Below are positions 55,445 to 64,000 of a stretch of DNA of 64,000 nucleotides, piece after piece (positions within the stretch are counted from its first letter, which is position 1; each line of letters opens with the position of its first letter). The notes beneath the pieces are model-generated. The model worked only from the letters and a program-made list of their open reading frames with translations. It was not told the DNA's origin and did not search any database. Origin of the DNA: Candidatus Latescibacterota bacterium (GTDB lineage Bacteria; Latescibacterota; UBA2968; UBA8231); assembly GCA_965203175.1 (NCBI GenBank), contig OZ241867.1, forward strand, positions 4,032,001 through 4,096,000. Reading direction: 5' to 3'. The position numbers and the translations under genes were made by a program.

Positions 55445-56317
55445 ATGGCTAAGAAAAAGCAGGCCAAAGGACCGCAACTCAAACTCTGCGCCGCGGCGTG
55501 GACGTTGACCAATTACCCGTCCGAAGCCAAGCAGTGGTCCATGGACCGCAAAGTCCGCGCGGCTAAGGACGCTGGCTTTGCCGGCTTCAGCGCTGGGGCC
55601 GATTCCGAGATCGCCGAGGCGTGCGCCAAGCACGGGATACAGCTTGTCGGCGGGGTCGATATAGCCACAGTAGAAGAAGCTGGGCCAAAACTGGCGGCTT
55701 TTAAAGAAGCTGGTGCCGAGCACATCAACGTCCAGCTTTGCGATCACGATACCGAAATCCGCAAGGCGGTGACCGTGGCGCGGGCGGTGATGAAGGCGGG
55801 CAAAGAGCTCAAGCTCAAACCGGCGATTGAGTGGCACCGCGACACGTGTACTGAGACGCCTGAGAAGGGGCTGGCGCTGGCCGAGCAGTACGAGAAGCGC
55901 TACAAGGAAAAGCTGCGCACGAATTTCGACCACTCGCACCCGGCGATCATCAAACAGCTCCGGCCCACCAACTTCTGGGAGCGCATCTCCGAGTACCGCC
56001 CCGACCTGCTCAAAATGAGTGAGTTGATTCACTTCCGCACCTTTACGGGCAGCCATTGCCAGACGCCGGTCACCAATGGCCGCGGGGTGCTGGACGCGGA
56101 TTTTATCACTTGGCGCGACAACTTCCTCAAGCACTTGCTCTACAACTGGGTCAAAGGGCAGCGCGGCGCTACTGAGCTATGGGCTGTCGTCGAGCTGGGG
56201 CCGAAGGGTTCGGGCTATGCGCTCGACTGTTTTCCCGATGTGTGGAAGGACGCGATTGTTGCGCGCGGTGAGATCGAGAAGGCATTTAAGGGGGCGCTGA
56301 GGAAAGCGAAGAAGTAG
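55445..56317 (+). CDS. Xylose-isomerase-like TIM-barrel protein
   Basis: IEWHRDTCTETPE, NFDHSH, IHFR, VELGP metal-site pattern. Confidence 0.75.
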   Translation: MAKKKQAKGPQLKLCAAAWTLTNYPSEAKQWSMDRKVRAAKDAGFAGFSAGADSEIAEACAKHGIQLVGGVDIATVEEAGPKLAAFKEAGAEHINVQLCDHDTEIRKAVTVARAVMKAGKELKLKPAIEWHRDTCTETPEKGLALAEQYEKRYKEKLRTNFDHSHPAIIKQLRPTNFWERISEYRPDLLKMSELIHFRTFTGSHCQTPVTNGRGVLDADFITWRDNFLKHLLYNWVKGQRGATELWAVVELGPKGSGYALDCFPDVWKDAIVARGEIEKAFKGALRKAKK

Positions 56318-56348
56318 CGTTTTACTCGGTTCAGAGAGTGATAGGAAC

Positions 56349-56888
56349 ATGTTACCGAGTACATGGTCGGAGGGGCAGATTGTCGTACGGGCGGTTGTGG
56401 CAGCGCAGACACCGGCGCTGCATGCTGCGGTTACGGAATGCGTAGATATCGTCGCGCTCGATCCCACTTTTGCCGAGGTGCCCGAAAGCGAGGTCGGTGA
56501 GTTGGTGGAGCAGTCGGTAGCGGAGGAGGAGCAGGAACGCGGCTTCCGCATGAGGAGCATTCACGTCGGACCGGCTGAAGAGCTGGCTGGATACTTTCAC
56601 TTAATGGAGGATGTGCCCAACGCAGGGGACGCGTGGCTCTCGATCCTAGCGATCCGGCCACGATTCCGGCGCAGCGGCGTCGGCACGACACTCATCAAAA
56701 GCCTCAAGAGCGTGCTGGCCGCTCAAGGTTTCCGCTTCGCCCTCGCACGCGTTTATCTGGCCAATGTTCCAGCCTTGCAATTTTGGACTCGATTGGGGTT
56801 CACCGAAATCGTCCCCCATCGCGGTGACTACATCGGCCACGACCTAGGAAAGCCCTGTATCGTCCTGCGAGCATCGCTCGGAGGGTAG
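56349..56888 (+). CDS. GNAT-family N-acetyltransferase
   Basis: LAIRPRFRRSGVGT, NVPALQFWTRLGF. Confidence 0.88.
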   Translation: MLPSTWSEGQIVVRAVVAAQTPALHAAVTECVDIVALDPTFAEVPESEVGELVEQSVAEEEQERGFRMRSIHVGPAEELAGYFHLMEDVPNAGDAWLSILAIRPRFRRSGVGTTLIKSLKSVLAAQGFRFALARVYLANVPALQFWTRLGFTEIVPHRGDYIGHDLGKPCIVLRASLGG

Positions 56889-56917
56889 CCGGCCTTGTAG
56901 AACGCAGGATTTTGGAG

Positions 56918-57433
56918 TTAGGGGTCAATAGTGCGGTGCTTGACCTGTCCCCAACTTTTGCTTTCGACGGCTGTTGGCAGCGACTCGGATGGGTCAAAGT
57001 AACTTATCAGCGAGCGATAGGGGGTGCCGTTGCGTTCGACGAGGGCGGAGATGCCCCAATTAGTTCGTACTCCATCGAGGGTGGAGACAACGATAAAGGC
57101 ACCGAAACGGCCGTTTGATGGCGCGTCAACTGTTGCCCAAGGAACAAATTGCCTAGCCGGCTCTTCGAGTGTCACCACGTTGTCGTTTCCCTCTAGGCCG
57201 CGAAGGACCGGGAATTCTCGCCAAATCCGATAAGATGTGGCGTCCGGCACGAGGCTAAACTGGATTAGCCAGAAACTGCCAGTCAACTCGCTGTCGGCAT
57301 CCTCAAAGGGTTGTATGCTGAGGATTTGAGGCGGAGTAATGGTGGCGTCTTCTTCTATGTCGCCATGGATGCGGTCGGTCCAAGCTGTAGAAACTGCGAA
57401 GACAGAGAGGATGATAGGGGCGAGTGCAAACAT
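56918..57433 (-). CDS. Hypothetical secreted protein with C-terminal TAVESKSWGQVK tail
   Basis: AAGGAGG RBS, signal peptide, beta-rich FN3-like core (VPDATSYRIWRE), conserved tail. Confidence 0.75.
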   Translation of the reverse strand: MFALAPIILSVFAVSTAWTDRIHGDIEEDATITPPQILSIQPFEDADSELTGSFWLIQFSLVPDATSYRIWREFPVLRGLEGNDNVVTLEEPARQFVPWATVDAPSNGRFGAFIVVSTLDGVRTNWGISALVERNGTPYRSLISYFDPSESLPTAVESKSWGQVKHRTIDP

Positions 57434-57606
57434 CGCGGGCCTCCTTGAAGGTAAAGCAGCCGTAGGGACTGCGGTTAGGCGTGGAACATAATTATAATAT
57501 CATTTTCATTCGACATACAACGTACCAAACGAAAAATATAGCCTAAGCGTTATTTTTTCGGTCCCGGGCATTTATAGGGCGAGTGCACTCGAAAAAAGGA
57601 GTTTCC

Positions 57607-59457
57607 GTGAACGACGCCCAACTGGTAGAGGCGTGCTTGGAGGGGGACCACCGCGCCTACGCGATCTTGGTCGACCGTTACCGCTACCCCGTCTTCGGGC
57701 TGTGCCTGAGCTATGTCAAGGATTTCGACGCGGCCGAGGACGCGGCGCAAGAGGCGCTGATCGCTGCCTACCTGAAGCTGGAAAGCCTGCCCGAGCCGCA
57801 AAAATTTGGCCCTTGGCTGCGGACCATCGCCGCCAACCAGTGCCGCATGTGGCTCCGGCGTCAGCGCCGACAGGTCGCCATTGACGAAGAAAAGGCGGTC
57901 GTTGATCCCGCCCCGTCGCCGGCGGAACAAGTGCTTTTGCGCGAGCGCCGGCAGCGGGTTCTGGCCGCGGTCTTCCGACTGAGCCGGCCGCAACAGCAGG
58001 CCGTGGTCCTTTTTTATCTCGAGGGCCTTTCACTCAAGCGGATCGCCGCCTTTCTCGATGTCGCGGTCCCTACCGTCGAGCAACGGCTCTACCGGGCGCG
58101 TCTCAACCTAAAAGAGGAGATGGCAACTATGGTCGAGGAAAATCTGCAAGAACACCGCCTGCCCGAGGACTTCACACAGGAAGTAGTGCAAGAGGCCCTA
58201 GCCCGGGGCCGACACCTATTGCAGGAGCGCCAGTGGCCCGAAGCCCGCAAAGCCTTCAACCGCATCGTCGCCGCCGTGCCGGATCACCTCGAAGCCCACC
58301 GAGGTTTAGCCCTGGCCTTTGACGGCGAAACGCGCGAGGCCCTGAGACAGGACGTGCACTTCAGCGACGGCCGCCTGCTCGACAATACCTTCGCCGCCCT
58401 GCACAAAGTCTGCGAACTGGGTGACGACGACCCGGAGATCACCCGCGCGCTCAGCCGGCTCTACTCGCACTATGGCCGCCACGGAGAAGGCGGCCAATTC
58501 CTCGAAAGGGCTGCCGACCACCTCGACGACTGGCAGGGCAGCGTGCCGTTGTATAAAATGGCCATCTCCGTGTACTACCACGCCCACTATACCGGACGCG
58601 GCGACCATATGGAAGCCTGCGTGCGCTGTCACCGCCGCGCTCGCCAGCTAGTGCCCGCCGACTGGCCGCCGCGCCGCCGCTTCGCGCTTTGGCAGCCTTC
58701 CGGGATGAGCATGGCCTACGCGCATTTGGGATTGAGCCAGGAGGTCTTCGACGAGTTGGACGTACTCAAGACGCAGAGCGAGGACGAGTGGTCGGTAGAG
58801 GAGCACTTCCAATACTACGGCATCTGCTCCAATCAGTACCGGGAAATGGGTCGATGGGGCGAGGTGGAGGAGCATAGTCGGTCCTATGTCGATTGGGCCA
58901 AGGCCCTGCCTGCCGACGACCCGAGCCTCCAGATCCGACCCTTGGCGCTCACCGAAGAAGGCGACGAAAATGCTAGCACGCACAACGGAGACGATTTCCG
59001 CTGGTGGACGGTGTGCTACGCACTCGCAGACCGCATCCTGCGGGCGAGACACGAGACGGGAGGAGCAACCGCGGACATCCTCGCCGAACTCGACTGGGCA
59101 CTTGACCAGCACCAGAGCGCTGGATCCTATTCCATCGCCGGACAATCTGCCTGCGAAACCGGCCACTACTCGGAGGCGCTGCGCTATTTGCGCCAAGAGG
59201 AGGAACTGGGCGGTCGGCTCGCCAATCGCGGCGACATCTATCTGGCCGCCGCACTGGTCGCGCTAGGACAGGTGGAGGAGGGGAAGGAGCGGCTGCGCAA
59301 TATCTACGGCCGACTCGTGGCCAACGGCCAGTGCCGGAGTTGGTTCGGCAAGCTGTCAGCCTTTGACGCGATCCGCGGGGACGCGGACATGGTCGAATTG
59401 GTCGATGAATGGGAACGGGCCGAGCGCGTAGGCGCGCCTACAACGCAAGGTGGTTGA
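57607..59457 (+). CDS. ECF RNA polymerase sigma factor with long C-terminal TPR-like extension
   Basis: GTG after AAAGGAG; region 2 (DAAEDAAQEA...FGPWLRTIAAN), region 4 (LFYLEGLSLKRIA...VEQRLYRAR), then about 430 aa of helical repeats. Confidence 0.88.
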   Translation: MNDAQLVEACLEGDHRAYAILVDRYRYPVFGLCLSYVKDFDAAEDAAQEALIAAYLKLESLPEPQKFGPWLRTIAANQCRMWLRRQRRQVAIDEEKAVVDPAPSPAEQVLLRERRQRVLAAVFRLSRPQQQAVVLFYLEGLSLKRIAAFLDVAVPTVEQRLYRARLNLKEEMATMVEENLQEHRLPEDFTQEVVQEALARGRHLLQERQWPEARKAFNRIVAAVPDHLEAHRGLALAFDGETREALRQDVHFSDGRLLDNTFAALHKVCELGDDDPEITRALSRLYSHYGRHGEGGQFLERAADHLDDWQGSVPLYKMAISVYYHAHYTGRGDHMEACVRCHRRARQLVPADWPPRRRFALWQPSGMSMAYAHLGLSQEVFDELDVLKTQSEDEWSVEEHFQYYGICSNQYREMGRWGEVEEHSRSYVDWAKALPADDPSLQIRPLALTEEGDENASTHNGDDFRWWTVCYALADRILRARHETGGATADILAELDWALDQHQSAGSYSIAGQSACETGHYSEALRYLRQEEELGGRLANRGDIYLAAALVALGQVEEGKERLRNIYGRLVANGQCRSWFGKLSAFDAIRGDADMVELVDEWERAERVGAPTTQGG

Positions 59458-59546
59458 AATCGCCAGGGGTAGCCGATCCTGCGAAGGTGCTACTCAATGG
59501 ATCCCAGGGCGCTTGAGCGGAAATTCACGGGGGCCGCCCCTGCTGT

Positions 59547-60392
59547 TCAGACGATTCCCCACTGTACTCGTCCCAATTCGCGCGACCGCTCTCGGTCGTA
59601 TGACGGATCTATGTCGAATTCGCGATCCAGCCACAGCACCTCCTGCTGATCTGGACTCAGCGCATCGAGCAGCTCAGGCGTCAGGTAGTCGCCCCACGTG
59701 AAGCGATGGTTGTCGATCGCGTGGGGATGGAACAGCCAGTGGCTCAGATACCGGCAGTCACTGGTGCGGTTGAGCCACGTTGAGTGAAACAGCTTGGCAT
59801 GGCGGACGATTAGCTGGTGGGGTTCGACCTCTAGGGAAATCTCGTCGTCGAGTGCGACGTCTTCCCAGCCGTCATCGGCCTGCGAACCGGGGATTCCCCG
59901 TTCTTCCCTGAGGTGGGTGGCCGTTTCTTGGAGAGAGATGGGCGGCCCGGTGTGACTGCCTGGGACGATGCGCAGACACCCATTGGCGCGCGACGCCCCA
60001 GAGAAGTAGTGCATGAACTCCGCCCATCCCGGCCCTCCGTCGATGTGCCACCCGACCGACCGGTTCGGGGCTTGCTCATTGATGCCGCCGTTGCGCAGAT
60101 AGATATCGCGGTCCTCGTTCAGTTGGCGGGCGAGTTCGATGATTTCGGGATGCAGGATGATCTGCATGAACGGCAGGGAGTGATCGAGGGCGCACCAGTA
60201 CGAGTCTTCCAACTGAGGTCTCAGGCGAAAGTGATTTCTCTTGCTGCCGTCTGCCGGTCCTCCCGATGGATCTTGGGAAGCCTTTTCGACCGCCGCCATG
60301 CACGCCTCGGTGAGACTTTCGGGGAACGGACAGTCGACGATGACGTAGCCTTCAGTGCGGTACTGCGCCAATTGTGCTTCGCTAAATTTCAT
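59547..60392 (-). CDS. Phytanoyl-CoA dioxygenase (PhyH) family Fe/2OG oxygenase
   Basis: QLAQYRTEGY, WHID (HxD), NGCLRIVPGSH, LFHS. Confidence 0.88.
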   Translation of the reverse strand: MKFSEAQLAQYRTEGYVIVDCPFPESLTEACMAAVEKASQDPSGGPADGSKRNHFRLRPQLEDSYWCALDHSLPFMQIILHPEIIELARQLNEDRDIYLRNGGINEQAPNRSVGWHIDGGPGWAEFMHYFSGASRANGCLRIVPGSHTGPPISLQETATHLREERGIPGSQADDGWEDVALDDEISLEVEPHQLIVRHAKLFHSTWLNRTSDCRYLSHWLFHPHAIDNHRFTWGDYLTPELLDALSPDQQEVLWLDREFDIDPSYDRERSRELGRVQWGIV

Positions 60393-60424
60393 GCTGTTTT
60401 CCTCGCGCGGTGTGGCGTCGGTTC

Positions 60425-61231
60425 TTATTCCAACCTGCGGTTGGGCGGAGTCCGCAAGGAGTGGGTCTCGATATCCCAGTCGCCGTCGAAGATGGTCACG
60501 GCGTCACCGGCGGCTGCTCCCGCATCGGAGGCGAGATCGATGAGCTTGATGGCCGAATGCTCGGGCGGCGATAGGCCGGGGCGCGACTTTCGCTCTGCTT
60601 CGTCGGCGGAGTGGCCCGCTTTCTCGGCCATCTCACGGATAGCGCCCAGCTTCATGTTCGTCGCCATCTCTCCCGGAGATATGGCGTGGATGCGGATGTT
60701 CAGGGGTCGGAGCTGTTCGCGGGCCACTAGGACCAGCCCGCGGACGCCCCCTTTGCTCGATCCGTACGGAAGGGAGGCACTGCCGCCTAACACGCCGGCA
60801 CCAGATATGACGAGCAAGACCACGCCCCCACCCGCCTGCTGCATGAGAGGAACAGCGTACTTCAACAGCAGGAAGCTGCCGGTGAGGTTGACGTCGATGA
60901 CTCGCCGCCAGGACTCTTCGGAATACTCGTCTATGCGCGTCCCCGCATCGACGAGTATAGCCGCTGGATTGATCAGGATGTCGAGGTGGCCGAAGTGCTC
61001 GCCAACGGTGTCCATCAAGCGGCGAACGTCTGCGGACTGACTCAAATCGGTGTGTACGAAGTGAGCTGCGCCGCCTTCGTCGGAGATTAGTTGGGCAGTA
61101 GCTTCGCCGCCGATCTCATCGATGTCGGCGAGGACGAGCCGCGCCCCCTCGCGCGCCGCACCGATGGCAGTGGCGCGGCCGAGGCCGGTCGCGCCACCGG
61201 TGACGACCGCTACCTTGTTTGCAAGTTTCAT
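60425..61231 (-). CDS. SDR-family oxidoreductase
   Basis: VTGGATGLG, DVNLTG, YGSSK. Confidence 0.92.
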   Translation of the reverse strand: MKLANKVAVVTGGATGLGRATAIGAAREGARLVLADIDEIGGEATAQLISDEGGAAHFVHTDLSQSADVRRLMDTVGEHFGHLDILINPAAILVDAGTRIDEYSEESWRRVIDVNLTGSFLLLKYAVPLMQQAGGGVVLLVISGAGVLGGSASLPYGSSKGGVRGLVLVAREQLRPLNIRIHAISPGEMATNMKLGAIREMAEKAGHSADEAERKSRPGLSPPEHSAIKLIDLASDAGAAAGDAVTIFDGDWDIETHSLRTPPNRRLE

Positions 61232-61252
61232 GCTTGAGCCTGAGAGATCGGC

Positions 61253-62878
<1,626 letters not shown>

Positions 62879-62890
62879 TGAGAGCCTTAG

Positions 62891-62990
62891 TTAAGGGTCC
62901 ATAGTGAGGTGCTTGACCTGTCTCCAACTTTGAGGTTCAACCTCCGTTGGGACGTAGTTAACATAGAATATATTACAAAAGCGCACTTGG
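62891..62990 (-). pseudogene. Remnant 3' end of a paralog of the 56918..57433 secreted protein
   Basis: Translates to ...YVPTEVEPQSWRQVKHLTMDP*, versus LPTAVESKSWGQVKHRTIDP*; DNA similar to about 56916-56978. Confidence 0.75.
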
Positions 62991-62991
62991 G

Positions 62992-63061
62992 GAAGCGGTC
63001 GTTATCCGAGGCTTCTAGGTCGTCGAGGATGCGGCGCGGTTGGATTAGATGGCCGGACGCA
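62992..63061 (-). pseudogene. Decayed duplicate fragment of the fumarase 5' region
   Basis: Matches 62630-62700; [21 protein letters not shown] versus [21 protein letters not shown]. Confidence 0.85.
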
Positions 63062-63192
63062 AAAAAGGGCAATCGGATACGCATGTTAAAAAGAAAAATT
63101 GACATGCGAGTAGGGATTTTACATTTAGTTAGACAATTATTGGCCAGTTGTTTAGGACTTTCACCGCCCGCCGCGAGCAGGCTTTATCACCG

Positions 63193-64000
63193 ATGAAAAG
63201 ACCCTTGCTGCTCACATCGGGTTTTTGCACAGCCGCGCTATTGCTCGCGGGGTGCGGCAAAGACGATCCAGTACTCGCTCGGGTCGGCGATGTGGATATC
63301 CGGGCCAGTGCATATCGGAGTTTTGTCGAGCGCCTACCCGCTAGCCTGCAGAGCGAGCAGGAGGGGCGGGCGGGCGATTTGGAGCACCTGCAATCAATGG
63401 TCGATCGGGAACTGCTCTTCCACGAAGCCCAGGCCAAGGGGATAGATTCGAGCGCGGCTGTAAAAGGGCCGGTTGAACGGTTAGCCAGGAACCGCTTGGT
63501 CAATACCTATCAGTTGCGGATAGTAGCACCGAGGATAAAAGTGGAGGCGGCACAGGTGGAACGCGCTTTTCTCGACCGAGGTTTTGACCGGGAGCGGCTG
63601 CTCAGTCGCATTGTGGTGGAGAGTCCAGAGGAGCGCGACCAAGTGCTGATTGAGCTGCGGGAAGGCAGGGCCTTTGCCGAATTGGCGCAGCGCTTCGCCG
63701 ACAACGATCCAGTGGCCGAGGAAGATGGGGTAGTAGGGTGGATCGGGCTACCCCACTTGGACTGGTACAAAGTGCCGAGAGCGGCTTTTTTCTCTCTGCC
63801 AAAGGGACAGGTGGCTCGACCAGTGCGTCTGCCGGGAGCGTGGCAGATCTATCGTTTTGCGGAAGACCGAAAATCCGAGCTGACCGACTACTCGGAAGGT
63901 GTACACCGTCTGCTGGAAAGCGAGGCTTGGCAAGCGGAACTAGAGCGAGAGTTTGAGCTTTTGAGCCAGAGTTATGGGTTGCGCCTGAACGTCGAAGGTC
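63193..64000 (+). CDS. PrsA/SurA-like parvulin PPIase lipoprotein (runs off the window end)
   Basis: Read manually: MKRPLLLTSGFCTAALLLAGCGKDDPVLARVG...MVDRELLFHEAQAKGID...LREGRAFAELAQRFA...DGVVGWI; no stop before 64000. Confidence 0.8.
   Translation, partial: MKRPLLLTSGFCTAALLLAGCGKDDPVLARVGDVDIRASAYRSFVERLPASLQSEQEGRAGDLEHLQSMVDRELLFHEAQAKGIDSSAAVKGPVERLARNRLVNTYQLRIVAPRIKVEAAQVERAFLDRGFDRERLLSRIVVESPEERDQVLIELREGRAFAELAQRFADNDPVAEEDGVVGWIGLPHLDWYKVPRAAFFSLPKGQVARPVRLPGAWQIYRFAEDRKSELTDYSEGVHRLLESEAWQAELEREFELLSQSYGLRLNVEG

Noticed and set aside
59913-61040. 375-aa plus-strand ORF and other long antisense ORFs (for example 54427..55512, 36376..37239, 11188..11997)
   Set aside because: They overlap well-supported genes on the opposite strand, have no recognisable motifs, and are expected shadows in GC-rich DNA.
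62887-63105. 72-aa ORF as a real gene
   Set aside because: It is a chance fusion of a decayed fumarase fragment with an out-of-frame remnant of another gene.

Overview
GC-rich bacterial chromosome segment with about 57 protein-coding genes and no rRNA, tRNA, CRISPR array, integrase or transposase that I could recognise. The gene content, including a secreted protein ending in a 'TAVESKSWGQVK' tail, is compatible with a Latescibacterota/Poribacteria-like organism; this is inference only. The housekeeping backbone includes speD, rnhA, lpdA, a class A PBP, a CCA-adding enzyme, fdhD, a class I fumarase and a partial PPIase. Accessory or lower-GC blocks are a YhdJ-like methyltransferase with a probable restriction enzyme, a cobalt-type nitrile hydratase operon, McrBC and two toxin-antitoxin pairs. 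The strongest candidates for undescribed biology are three. (1) A STAS-HATPase kinase, an unannotated 44-aa membrane peptide and a STAS-winged-helix regulator, with a clean promoter and operator, sit at the head of a NurA / HAS-barrel / HerA operon. (2) A sigma54-controlled export locus (two ABC-2 permeases, a hairpin+Ig adaptor-like protein, TolC, ATPase) is bracketed by two paralogous secreted proteins whose duplicated sigma54 promoters carry different 21-bp-period enhancer repeats. (3) A 'decayed gene fragment - cargo - intact gene' insertion signature occurs twice, at a sulfatase and at fumarase. All calls come from reading motifs by eye; no searches were run.
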